A stretch of 64,000 bases of DNA from Bigelowiella natans CCMP2755 (lineage: Eukaryota; Protista; Cercozoa). Shown piece after piece: positions 51,266-64,000 of the stretch. The stretch lies in NCBI GenBank assembly GCA_000320545.1, contig ADNK01000904.1, positions 120,861 to 184,860 of the forward strand, read 5' to 3'. The position numbers and the translations under genes were made by a program. The notes beneath the pieces are model-generated. The model had not been told where the DNA came from and ran no database searches. It saw only the letters and a list, made by a program, of their open reading frames with translations. Position 1 is the first letter of the stretch. Every line of letters starts with the position of its first letter.

Positions 51266-53668
51266 TCACAATACACATAGGTTTTTGACCTCTAAGGAGG
51301 CAGACATCAGCGCTGCAGGTGCACAAGCTGCCGCTACCATTGGACAACCAGGTAAACAGCGCATGTAAGCTATGCACGCTGTGGCTTCTCATACCTGCGA
51401 GTGTAGAGGACAGGAGATCTGTTTGAACCCTACTTCTAAATCCCCCGATAGCATCATCATCATCATCATCACTATTACAGCTCTCCCCGACGGCGTTCTT
51501 GCTCATTTGGAAAATTTCTTTTCCCCCTCCCTTAAGGCTCTATTCCTTCTCAACCAACGTCCAGTTGGGCGAACGTGACTCTTAACGACCGAGATGGGCA
51601 AACAACTTGGCCAATCACTGCCTTCTCCTACTTCTACGTCGAAAAGGTAGTATATTATTATTTCACGGCAACCGATACTACTACAACAGCAACCACAACT
51701 ACTACTAAAAGAAACTATACCTATGCCTGTTTATCTGGACCCCCTCCCCCCCCCCCTCTCCCCCTGCTGTGACGCGTCTGTGTGTTTGCGCTTCAAAATT
51801 TGTTTTTCCTAGCCTTCACTTCCTCCTTTTGACTTGGTTGTGACAGGACCTTCGCCGATTCAACCAGACTGGGGAGGTGCTAAAGGCATTTATAAAGTAT
51901 GAAAAGGAGAAAATGAGATATTATATACGCGTGTGTGCTGTGTGTGTTGGTGTGGGTGAAGCTGCCCCACGCCGTCGTTCGTCGTGGGTTTGTTCTGGCG
52001 TTTGATTGGCAGTTCTTCTTCCGCACAGATTCATCATGGATCACCCCTCTCTCGCATCGGAGTTCAGATTCTCTAAGATCCCGCAGGTAGGAGGTGTATG
52101 TAGAAGTACCGATAGTAGTAATTATGATGAAGATGATGATTATGATGTGTGCCGACATGATAAAAGGTCAACACCACTTGCACAACTAGAAACTCCCTCT
52201 TCCCATTCTCATCATCGGGGGGGGGTTCAGGAAGATATTTAATTTGCTTTGCTTTGCTTTGTATCCATTCCGTTCTCAAGACTGTGTTATTATTGCCCCA
52301 CCCCCCTCTCAGTCTATCTACAACTACAACATTGCAACACTGAATTCCATCCAGACCTCTGGAACGCCTTTCGTGTTCGAGTATGTTTTCGTTCCCATCT
52401 CTCAGCAGCATTGTCGTTTGTCGTCTAATGCAATATTTTGAGAGAGATAGAGAGAGGGAGGAGGGTGGGATACAGCATGTGTCATATTTGTGTAATAAAT
52501 AGCATACTATGCGGTGAATGGGTGGCAATATGTTTGTGTTCTAGATCATCCTCGACTACTCAGGCGGGTGTGGGCGCTGGGCCGTACGTGGTGCGTAATC
52601 AAGTGACGGCGATGATGATGATGATAATGATAATGATGAAAAGGAGCACTAGTGATGGTGATGAAGATAGGTCCAATCCAACCGACCGTGATAATCAGGA
52701 ATTTCTACCCTCCATTTCCAACAGCATTTCCAATGCTACTCCTGTTTCCGTGTTATGTTTGAATCCTCTATCTTCTGCGACAATACCCTGTTACTCCAAA
52801 CACACAGCCCATTTGTGCTTTGCCACCAACCTCTAGATTAGCGGGAAGCGCAGAGGGTACCAAGATCTCGCCCTAGCCGCTGCAACGAGCAACATCACCA
52901 CCTTGCAGAGCAGCGTGGCGAGTCTTGAGGCCTCATCAGCAGCTGGCGGGTGTAGCTGCAAGGACTACGATGACTCGGATGTCAAAGCTATTGCTAATGT
53001 CGCCGCCGTCTTCGGGGTATTTACTTATTTCAGTTCTTTATTAAATAGGAGAGAGTGAGGGAAGGGGGGAAAGGAAAAGAAGGGGGGTGGTTGTCGTAGT
53101 AGCGATTAAAGTATTTGTGAGTCGTTTGATATTTCACTAGTGGAGCGGCAGTTGATAGAAGTGGAGGAGTTGAGGGTATGACGACAGATATTGGCGCCTC
53201 AAAGGCGACGAAAACGAATAGCACCATCAACATCAATAATGACGATTGCGACAATGAAAATTGTAATACGATTTCAATTGCAGGTTCTGGCATTCGTGAT
53301 CTCCGTTATCGTGGCGATTAAAGTGTTCTGTTGCACGCCAGGTTGGGGAAGGCGAAAAAGAAATTTAGGATCGAAATAGTTGGAATAATAAGTGGCACAT
53401 CCTCCCTTCTCCCTCCCTTTTCCTCATAATGACACTCGAATTCTTTACTGTGAAATAACTCTACCCGCTTGTGGAATTGTGCGATTCAATCAAGGCCAGA
53501 TTCATATCTCCACTGACTCTGAAAAGAGCGTTCCTCGCACCTCATTTTCTCTCCCGCCCTACACTGAATTTAGGCCACCGCGGCGGTGCTGCCAAGGTTG
53601 AGAGGGAAAGCAATTCCATATCGATGGGAGTCATGCCTGCATCACGTAAGGGGCTAGATTGTCAGTGA
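44238..53668 (+). CDS. Membrane-anchored protein with two tandem PstS-like phosphate-binding domains, about 40 exons
   Basis: Signal MRTFRYLPLVALLGFSGHVLG. Repeat 1: IHGSGTTNP..YRAVGSSTGQREF..DFGAGDIPM..TTWDNPAI..HRIKGSSSTSG..PYSIGYID..WPITLMSY. Repeat 2: LYGSGTTNP..YRAVGSGTGISEF..HFGSGDIPF..ITTWDHPDI..RRVRGSSSTAG..PYSISYLD..WPITAFSY. Then a stalk, TM AIANVAAVFGVLAFVISVIVAI, KVFCC and a short tail. Confidence 0.88.
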
Positions 53669-54942
53669 AGGGAGAGATTGTGCATATCAGAAGAATAAAT
53701 AACTACCCTGATGTAATTAATGTTGGGGATGGTAGATGCATCCTTCGATTTCGTTTCGGATGTTCTATCTTGCATGTACGTGTGTGTTTTTTGCTAATAT
53801 TTTAATACAACAAATTTTCATCATTGTACAGAGATGGAAATCAAGCTTAGTGAGAAAGTGTAGATTTCGGCCGACTGACTCAAGGAACGAGCAAAGAACC
53901 CACTAATCGCACAGTCGATTTTGTATCTTTTCTTATTTATGTGATTAGAGTATATGCAGTGTCTATAGTTTGCTAGGGGTGGAGGTTTCGTATAGCCTAG
54001 ATTTAGTGGACTGTATCGCACACGGCACAGATTCATGAAGTAGGGATGTCGATATTTCATTCTCTCAACATGCAATATTTGTAAAGGTGGTATACATGTA
54101 TGTGCTAATGTGTGGCAAAACATGTGCAAGTAGATCGAGGGATTGCTGATGTTTTTTTTTTTCATGAAAACGTTCAAAAAGTTCAAAAGCACAAACTGCA
54201 ATGGTGATTTGCAATGCTTCTTGAAGCGTAAGCATTTGTTTGTCGTTTGCGCTCAATTGAGAGGTGCATCGCTCTGCCAACGGGCAAAGACTGCTGCATT
54301 GCATCGCCATGACACGCTGCACATCGCAATGGCAGACGAGCAAACTGTATATCATCATGCATGTAACATATTGCATGTCTATCATATCTAGCTGTGCTCA
54401 GGCTAGCAGGCGTCTTCACTTGTTGCTGCACTGTGAGCAAGCATCTGGCTGTCTGTCATCACTTGGTCGCAGCGCATTATTGCGCCACAAACGGACACTT
54501 GACACATGTGAGACGGATGTAATGAAATGTTTAAATTACACTTGACACATGTGCAACACATGTTGCACATATCCAGTTATCTGTGAGACATGGGCTTGTG
54601 TGGTTTGATGTGTCCATCATGCCTGTACGTTATCTAGCAAACAATGTTCTAGCTAGCTGGCGCGATTGGATCCACGCCAGTTGCATTTAGCTAGCAGTAG
54701 TTGTGCATGTCTCTCTGGCGGGTTGCGTGCCATGCTGCACATGCTCGCTCGCTCGCTCGCTAGTCAATTTTCTGCGACCACTTGCACGTCAAGCCGATGA
54801 TTAGACTGTAATAGCAAACACATGCATTTGTTGATCGCTCCGCACGTCAGCACAGATAGATCTTTAGCTGTCCTGGCCGGACTAATTGCGCACGCACGAC
54901 CATAGAAATCCCGGGCATGCAGGCTCAAATCGCACTTCTAAA

Positions 54943-55255
54943 TTACAATCGCACCGAGGCAGCCCGGACACTCTCAGCGAGTTTCTCCAGAAGCTAGGGA
55001 AATAGTAGCCAAATAAAGTTCACAAAGAAGCATCGATAACACGAATGATAAATCAAAGAAAATTTTAGAAAGGGTGCTAGTGACGAGTATCATGCTGCCA
55101 GCAAGAACAGACTCCCTCTGCTTGAATACACACGTCATATTTGCATCGTATGGGTTGTTGTGCATGTTATTATGGTGGAATATTACCGCCGCAGGATCGT
55201 CAATCCCTGGTACATAAAAGTGTGCATGGGACTCGTGCTTACCGACCTGCAAACG

Positions 55256-55292
<37 letters not shown>

Positions 55293-56269
55293 AATATCAG
55301 GTCTGCAAAGATGGCTAGCGAGCCAAAAGAGAGGGGGGGGGGGATGGGTGGAGGCATCATAATTGTAATTATCATTATTATCTTACCGTGACTGTGTAGA
55401 CGCTCACATTTGGAACGTTCTCCGCATAATCGTCAGTGCGAGAGAGAAATGGGCGATTTGGCTGACGGCGGGGTTGAAATCAAGCATACATCAGCTAAAA
55501 ACTCATGATCGGTGAACAAGTGTAAAGACACCGCAGCAGCACTCACCACCGCTTCCTCGACATCGGAGGAGGTGCGAAGTCTTTCTCTATACGCATTGTC
55601 CTAGGAGAAGAAGAGAGGGATGATAGATGAAAGATGATATAAGCAATAGGCGGGAGGAGATTGTTCGCATGGGCATGTTAGGAAACAAGCGTGACGCGCA
55701 TTTATCATTAGTTTTGGCGATCTGGCATCATCGCAACGGGGAGTCCGAATGTTGTTTGATGGAGAGAGAGTATGTTCAGGGAAAAACGAATGATACTCTC
55801 ATAAGCGTGCAGTGGCAAAATGGCAGTAGCAGTAGCAGAAGCAGTAGCGGTAGCCATGCATCACAATGGCCTGCACATTAACCTCAGCGTGATCTGCCAA
55901 CTTTCCGAATGAAGAGCTCTCCCCTTTATTATTGGTGTTTGATGATGGAAAGTATTTTAAGAGCATAAGCATGTTCCATGGCACGAATCACAGTGGCAAG
56001 TTGCAAGGTGGCAGTGGTGGTGGTGGTTGTGGGGGGGGGGGGATTTGGGGGGAATGACCGATCATAGAAGGACGGGCAGGAGAATCAAGAAACAACTGAT
56101 GCTCTCTTTTCTCCTATGCGAATAATAAATGACAAATAATGAGAAGAATGATAGTCTTGATGATAATACACCGCGAAGGCGACGACGACGAGGAGGAGGA
56201 GAAGGAGGAGGAGGTGCAAGTTAAATCTGATCGGTATCTATGCTTGCGTGTTCAGGTACTCCAAGCTCG

Positions 56270-56313
<44 letters not shown>

Positions 56314-57575
56314 TTTACACACCCACATACACACCCACCCCCCGCGTATAGGTAGTTATTTATATATATATTATACCCCCCTTTTGTAGAAAACATGGTG
56401 GTAAACATCTAAAAGGGGGCTCTTATTGGGGTTTTTGATAGCTCAGAGAACTCTATTAGACCTTCTGGTCCCTGAGCACCCTGGTCCATTACTTTTCCTC
56501 CCTTTGGTTGGCGCGGAAAAAATCTTGGGGGGGGGGGGGGGGGATGGGAGGAGAATAATAACGGATATAAGAGTGTGATGATGATGATATCGATTAGCTG
56601 TGCAGGTTATGATTTTCAATCATTCCACCTCCGCGTGGTGTGTGATTCTCACAACATTTTATTGAATGAATGGGGGTGACGAGAAGCATCCTCACACACA
56701 CAAACACACGCACACACGCACACACGCACACACGCACACACGCACACACGCACACACGCACATACAAACACTCGTTATTCATGCTAGCATTTTACACCGA
56801 TGCTTTGCTTACCCTTTCCATCTCAGGAGGCGGCGCAAGAGAAGATGATGTCTCCTCCTGAGCGAAGGCAAAATCGAGGGGGAGGAAGAAGCCAATGTGG
56901 GTGATGATGATGATGATGATGATGATTGTGGTGGTGGTGATGATGGTGATGGTTTCATGCTAATAAGCAGCAGCAGCACTGCTACCCAATCGTGCTATTC
57001 ATATTTTACCCTACTCATAGCCGGTGGGATTGAAGACTGCGTAGAAAGATGAGAATCGATTTGATGACTACTATCATCATCGTCGGTGTTGTTGGTGGTG
57101 ACTCGAGGAGGATGATTCGTCGTATTTTGGTCGTCATCACCGCCCTTATTATCAGCAGTAGCAGCGGCAGCAGCAGCATCCATTTGTGTGAATTGCTGGT
57201 GGAGCTGGGAGGGACTTTTCGGTGTCGTAGACATCGTCATCATCCCCCCATTTTCTCCAGGGTACTGAGACAACAAACCTAGCGATAACAAAGCAACGAA
57301 CACATCCTCATCGCAATAGACCATTGCTGTGGAAACAACACGGGGCACTTCTAGAAGGCACCTCCTTCACCATTGCTAAGAGCCCTTCGCTCCTCCTCCT
57401 TAACTTCAAAGCCACTCCCCCTCTTCACCGCAGCTTCTGATATCGATCATTGAACGTGTTCCCTCTCATCAGTATATATCCATGCATGCCAGCAAGAATG
57501 ATGTGTGGTGATCATAATGATGATGCTACTCATGCGAATCATGTCCAACATACGTCGAATAACATGTAAGACGAT

Positions 57576-57606
<31 letters not shown>

Positions 57607-57659
57607 TAGGGTGCTTTCCTATAGTCTTCTTCCTCCTCCTCCTCCTCCTACCATCCAAC

Positions 57660-57694
<35 letters not shown>

Positions 57695-58143
57695 CTGGTG
57701 AAACCACCGGTAAGTCCTTAGTGGGGAGGGGGATACTAGACTCCCATGCTACAGCAGCATCACCACCACTTGCAGCAGGGGAGGAACTTCTCGGCTCTAA
57801 AGTTGGTCGTATCGTATCGACGGTGGTGAAAATGACGACGACGACGGTGATGATGATGAAGAGAATGGGAAGGTGATGGTGTTGTGATGAGAAATGGTGA
57901 TCATCAGACATCACAACATATAAAAGCCCTGGCTATCTACCCACTACAACAACAACAACTACTACTACTACTACTTCTACAATTCTGGGAAGTTACTTAG
58001 GACTGGGGGCGGCAAACTCCGTCCTGAAGAATACGATGAACGTAATTTGGGAGGGGCAGGGAAAGGGCTGACCCCCCTCCTCGGGCTGCCTGTTCGCACG
58101 GGATGATGCTGCAACGAGGAATAACTACTGGTGGCGCGGCTGG

Positions 58144-58184
<41 letters not shown>

Positions 58185-58681
58185 GCAAATGAAGGAGGAG
58201 GGGAAGGACAAGCAACACCAACAAAATAAAAACAACACCATTCATTCGTAATTGTTATGTATTATTACGATGCTTATTATGATCGTTCGTTGTTATCAAT
58301 AATCGATCACGAAGGGTCTATAAGAGGAGGGCTATTGTATGAGTGAAACCAAACGATTTCGAACAAAGGGGTTGAACCCTAGCATGCACAAAGCTGCCCC
58401 CCCCCCCCCCCCCCCATTTCCCAACCTGAGTGATGGAGGAGGCAGCCTCTTTGTGAGGGAGTTGTTGCGTGACCGAGTAGGGCCTATGGAAGAGAAAACA
58501 GGGAAGTATGCATGATAGCAGCAGCCAATTCAAATAAGCGAAGAATGGGAGAGCGGATGAGGAGAGTCTGGTGAAGAGGAAGGAAATGAGAGAGGGAGAA
58601 GATAGAGAGAGGGAGGGAGAGAGAGAAAGTGTGGCGTCTTTTCCTACTTATTGTAATTACTTCCTTTTCTTTTTAATGCTG

Positions 58682-58715
<34 letters not shown>

Positions 58716-59252
58716 AAGTACTATTGTCCGCTGCATCATCATGCGAATAATGATACACTTGTGTATGTCAATACAGAAAGGCCATCCCTACCTCCTGCTC
58801 CTGCTGCTGCTTCGTCATATTGCGTCATCACTGTGTGCAGTGACGTTAGAGAGCTTTCTCGATTGTGCATGGTTGGTGTCGTTGCGTATCGGTTGATATT
58901 TGGTACTCCTCCTCCTCCTCCTCTTCCTCGGTCATCATCATCATCATCATCATTGTCATCTTCTTCATCATCATCACAAATATTCTGATCGCTTCCTGTA
59001 GCGACAGAAGCAGACATTCCAAGGCTCTGCAGGTTTGCCATTGATGGGCACGATGCTGATCTGTGAGAGGCAAGGAGGAGGAGGAGGAGGAGGAGGAGGA
59101 GGAGGAAGAAGGGGGGGTGAGGAGGCGGAAAAACAAAGGGTGAGGAGGCGAAAACAAAAGCTGGAAAAAAGCAAACAGAGTGATGCTATCGTATGGCGGC
59201 GCCCTTGGAAAGCACAAACATGTTACTGTTTTGTATGCGTGGGCTTCTTAAC

Positions 59253-59287
<35 letters not shown>

Positions 59288-60074
59288 TCACACACGCAAA
59301 CCTTGCGAGGCTGACATTCCCTGCTGATTCTGAATTTTCCCAGAGATCCGCTAGCGGATGTTCTTCCTGAAAAGCATGAATAATAGGATTTCACTCCTCC
59401 CTCGCAGCAGCATTTCCATTCAATGATATGCATGTGTTATTCAGGTACTACGATTGGAGGTGCTCACAGAATATACAGCGAAACATTTTTTTTTCAAGTG
59501 CTGCATGGTGAAGCGGGGCACGGCCTCCTCCCCCTCCTCTTTCTCCTTCTTCTTCTTCTTCTTCTTCTTCTACTTCTTCTTCTTTAACCTGGTCTATGAA
59601 GCGAATGGAGTTTAGCATCACAAACAGATCTTCATCCTCCGCCGTCTGTGCGAAGGAAAGAAGGAAAGAAAACCAACAGAAGATCAACGACGGCGGTGGC
59701 CGTCAAATATGAACGTTGGTAGATGGAGACAACGCATTGATCTCGGGCTAGCACACTATGTTTGCGTGAGTAGTTGATTCAGGTTTCACAGTAGAAGAAG
59801 TAGAAGAAGAAGGAGAAGAAGAGAGAGCGAGAGGAAGGAAGATCAAAGTTGAGCCCGTAACACGGACACTGTAATAATAATAATAATAATAATAATAATA
59901 TTGATAATGATAATGATAATAACAATACTAATTATAATACTTGACATATATTGTAATAATCTCACCAGATTCCCCACACAGAGGATGAAGTCGATCCCAG
60001 CCGTGCTGATGAGCCACATCATCATCATCATCATCATCATCATCATTATGGATGAACGAACGAATGAAGAAATG

Positions 60075-60114
<40 letters not shown>

Positions 60115-60672
60115 CTCACACGTCGCAGTGGCAATGGTGATGATAACGATGGTGATCTCTTTATCTCACTATGATATCAGTTCTCTTATTGGGGAGTCGT
60201 AGTACTAGAGGTACAGTAGCAACCTTTGAGTGTTATCGTAGTAGTAGGCGTCCCGCACCATTGTCCTTTGGATCTGAGCAGGAAGAAAAATAAGCAACCC
60301 CGACTGGCTTGATTCGAGGGCAATATCATCTCCCAAAACAAGAAAAAAAGGGGGAGAAATTGTAAGAGGCAGGCGCACACCGGTTTTGTGCACACTGTTT
60401 GTTGTTTCTGTTCAGCATTTATCGAGGAAACATCGGGAGCGTAGACCAACACGATGTCATGCAGAGAAAGGGTGCAGCGAAAGAGGATAGGGACAAGTAG
60501 ATCGGAATAATTCGTTTGTGGAATGTCACAATCCTCCTCCTCCTCCTCCTCCTCCTCCTCCTCCTCCTGACCTGCTCGATGATCTTCACAGCTCCTGTTC
60601 CCTTACTGACCCCAAGGTGCCGTATACGTACCTAGTTTATTGCTATATGATTAAAATATACATATTGCACTC

Positions 60673-60714
<42 letters not shown>

Positions 60715-60780
60715 TGGGACTCAAATAACATTCCAACCTACACACTAAATAGCATCACTATAACCACTATCATCACTGCG

Positions 60781-60817
<37 letters not shown>

Positions 60818-60914
60818 GCACACAAGCACACAAACACAAGCACACTACTGACGATAGAATCCGTATCAACGATTTCAGTGTTAGTGTTCAGCAGCGGCCC
60901 TGATCTGTGCACAA

Positions 60915-60945
<31 letters not shown>

Positions 60946-61783
60946 CACACAAGCACGAGCATATTGTTCATGATAAGCACAACCTTATGCCTCATTTACG
61001 ATGAATATGGGCGTTGACTGTTCGTGTGCGTGTCGCAGATTTGCCGTTGCTGCTGCTACTACTGCTACTACTACTACTGCTACTACTACCGAAGGTGTCC
61101 CACGAGTTCATTCGCTTGCATCTTGGCTGTTAATTCATACATTCATCTTTTATACAACAATCACATACACATAGCACAATTGGAAAAAATGTTTGAGAGG
61201 GGGGGAGTTAAGCAGATTTAGGTCGAAACAAGCTCTAAATGGGGTATTGGAGATAAGAAGGCAGTAGACACACACACACACACACACACATAAGCAACAT
61301 AATCATCGTTGTTGATATGTTCGGTTGTAGCAATACCAAAGTGCTGGTCTTTGACCTCATGGTAGTGCCATTCGATGCTCGCCTCCTGTTATAACCAATC
61401 AATGGCTGAACGGATTGATTGATAACATGGTGATGTGTGAACTATGATGAGAACACGCACACGCACACGCACACGCACACACACATACACACACAATAGT
61501 AGGATTGGGGGGGGGGGGGGGGGGGGGGGTGTAATCCTACTTGATTTCGGATGTAGGAGTTCGGCGTGCGCTCTCGTACGTATTCAAACACTTCATAGAC
61601 TTTTCGTTTCCAGGTCAGATCAGCGTTTTCTTGGGTCATCTGCCATCATCCCACACACACACACACACACACACGCATGCACATATTCGAGCTTGATAAT
61701 AATTCACGGAAAGCAGCAAAGTCACATGCATGTGTGCATTCTTCCATGTGCGTGTCCTTGCATGATAGTCGGCGATCCAATAT

Positions 61784-61818
<35 letters not shown>

Positions 61819-62369
61819 ATATTCATATATAATTGTGTGTGTGTGTGTGTGTGTGTGTGAGTTGAGAGAAGAAGCACTGACAAGCCACTTCCTAGAGCCT
61901 TTCTTGTCAGATCCTGACACACTGAGCCGTTGTCCTCCGTCTGGCAGCAGGTACAATATAATGATGCGTGAATGAAACAGACGACAGGATTTCCTTAAGC
62001 AGTAGGAACACGGCGCATCCTATCGATATCTTCGATCGACTGCTTTGCAAAAGCACATATATTAGAACTCAGGTAGGTGACTGACCATAATCACTGTCAT
62101 CGCTATCCTCAGCACTCAAGGGACGAGAGAGGAAAAATCCTGCAGAAGAGTGAAGATGATGATGATGATGATGATGATGATCTTGATCAAATGCAAATGG
62201 CGTGAGAGTAGGCCGCCCTCCATTTTTTGTTTATATTATTTTTTCTCGCTGTGTGCTAACAACGCCAGTCATTGATGTGAGATATATGTCATGCGTGTAT
62301 CGATTCTGACAACCATTTTCAGCTCCAAGCCAGGCCTAAGAGCACATCAATCACGACACCCATTATTAC

Positions 62370-62409
<40 letters not shown>

Positions 62410-62594
62410 TTACTGCTCTACTCCTACGATGATGATGACGATGATGATGACGATGATGATGGCTCTCTCTGCTTTGAATGGCCACCATCTACCTCTGTTT
62501 TCCCAAACGTCTTTTCGAGTATGCTTCGACTACTGGAAGAGATGAGAACCTGATATATGTGTATGGATTAACATTGAAATTGTGCATAGATTTA

Positions 62595-62652
<58 letters not shown>

Positions 62653-63263
62653 AAAGAATGCTGTTTGTGTGTGATAGAATTTGCATTCTGAAGACGTGCT
62701 CCCCCCCCCCCCACCCCACTCCTACACTAACCAACGTTGTGTTGGGGTCATTTGCTAGCGAGGGGAAATTCTCCTTCACACGCTCTGCAACTTGGATGTA
62801 TCTGGTGAGAGGAGGAGGAGGAGTAGAAGAAGATTAAAAAATAGACATATTAACCACCATCAACAATTGCATATACCAAGAGGAAAACAAAAAAAATGGT
62901 GTGCGTGCGTGTGTGTGTGTGTGTGTGTTTGTGCGCGCGCGCGCGCGCATGATGGCTTTAGAGTAGTTGCTGCGTGTGGTATTATTCCAAGGCCATCATC
63001 ATCATTATCATCATCATCATCGGTGCATCATTAGAAACATTCATTTGATCCAGAAGAAGATGCTGCTGGATGTGAGTATTTAGCACCGTTGTCGTTGCCC
63101 CCCCCTTACATATTTATCTTTTCTCTCTCTCTCTCTCTCTCTCTCTTTCTCACCCAAATGCTTCAAGCGGCAGCCCCTCTTGCCTGATCAACCAAAAACA
63201 TAGTAGTTAGCAACGTGAAATCATGAGAGTAGGCCTTCTCGCTCTCTTCCAAAACAACATTTG

Positions 63264-63297
<34 letters not shown>

Positions 63298-63773
63298 AAG
63301 TAGTAGTTGCAGTAGTAGCCGTCGTCGTCATCGTGAATTCCAACAGAAAGGGAGGTGGAATGCGTCCCAGTTGATTTAACAACAACAACGAAAACAACAA
63401 ACAAAGCAAATAGATGAAGAAGAAGGCGTGTAGCATCATCATGATCGGTCAAACGAGACCGTATCGTGTTGGAAATCGTTCCGTTGACTCCGAATACAAT
63501 GAGCCGCTGCATCGAAGTCGAGAACTCCTGAATAGTTTTAGCGATACCAGTATTCCAACAACAACAACAACAACAGTAGCACAGCATGAGTGAGTGAATG
63601 AGAGTTTTCTTTTTATTATTTCTTAAGAGTGTTCTTTTTTGCAAGAATAGTTGTTGTTATTGTTGCTGCTGGTGGTGGTGGTGGTGCTGTTGTTCGGTAT
63701 TGAGTTACGATATATCTCATCATTGCAAATCTACAATGCTAAGGCCTGCACAATCAAGTATCTATGCGCGCGC

Positions 63774-63815
<42 letters not shown>

Positions 63816-64000
63816 GTGATATATGAGATTGGTTCTTCGTAGCACCTAACCTTTGTAACTTGCTTCATATTAAGCTCAGCTGGTAGACTCAGATAAAGCC
63901 TTTCACAACGACACTAATTGAAAGAACAAGCAAGACTCGAACGGGGGGAGCGAGGAGGGGGGGGCGACGTATAAGTGTACAAGTATGCATTAATTCGTTG
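54943..64000 (-). CDS. TPS: Trehalose-6-phosphate synthase/phosphatase, C-terminal TPP-like half; 5' part lies beyond the window
   Basis: Exons read QRLIVFGVNGTI, LANDPNTTL|VLISS, WLGAENG, WKRKVYEVFEYVRERTPNSYI, ASIEWHY, MQANELVGHL, RIRHLGVSKGTG, IDFILCVGNL|TAEDEDLF and VYTVT|VGKHESHAHFYV..LLEKLA, in the order expected for the TPP domain of TPS proteins. Confidence 0.85.
56694..56762. repeat. Compound (CA)n / CACACACG intronic microsatellite, representative of the dozens of (CA)n, (TA)n, (CT)n, (CAT)n, (TAG)n and poly-G/C tracts in the introns of this window
   Basis: Seen directly. Similar tracts occur at about 560-600, 840-905, 5325-5372, 11360-11415, 12065-12140, 34670-34750, 47045-47160, 51112-51260 and throughout 57600-63810. 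Confidence 0.9.

Noticed and set aside
372-63842. Numerous ORF-track entries with poly-H, poly-S, poly-L, poly-I, (CV)n, (TH)n or (YI)n
   Set aside because: They are translations of intronic microsatellites or antisense frames of real exons.
1-64000. CRISPR array, operon, prophage or intact transposon
   Set aside because: No regularly spaced repeats and no transposase, reverse transcriptase or integrase motifs were seen. The bacterial-type genes (dgoD, PstS-like) are full of spliceosomal introns, so they are not contamination.

Overview
This is intron-rich eukaryotic nuclear DNA, not prokaryotic. Almost all ORF-track entries are microsatellite or intron artefacts, so genes were rebuilt by hand by joining GT..AG exons. 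Signal-peptide plus transit-peptide leaders on two genes, one of them a PsbP-family protein, point to an alga with a secondary plastid, most likely a chlorarachniophyte (inference). Fourteen protein genes were reconstructed: GH16 beta-1,3-glucanase (3' end off-window), PsbP-like lumen protein, ABP34-like actin bundler, O-fucosyltransferase, DUF1336 protein, zinc-ribbon/PH protein, secretory 2OG-Fe(II) oxygenase, DUF1995-like/IRG GTPase fusion, ATXN7/Sgf73-like protein, galactonate dehydratase, BMT5/DUF2431-C2H2 protein, an orphan secreted protein, a tandem PstS membrane protein and trehalose-6-phosphate synthase (5' end off-window). There is also one tRNA-Glu(UUC). The main leads are: (1) intergenic tracts nearly stripped of TpA except in CTA/CTAG, while CpG is kept, suggesting an unexplained TpA-to-TpG/CpA hypermutation process; (2) an apparently plastid-targeted immunity-related GTPase fused to a DUF1995-like domain; (3) a membrane-anchored double-PstS protein; (4) a DgoD carrying a PTS2 peroxisomal signal. 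All family calls come from motif recognition by eye. No database searches were run.
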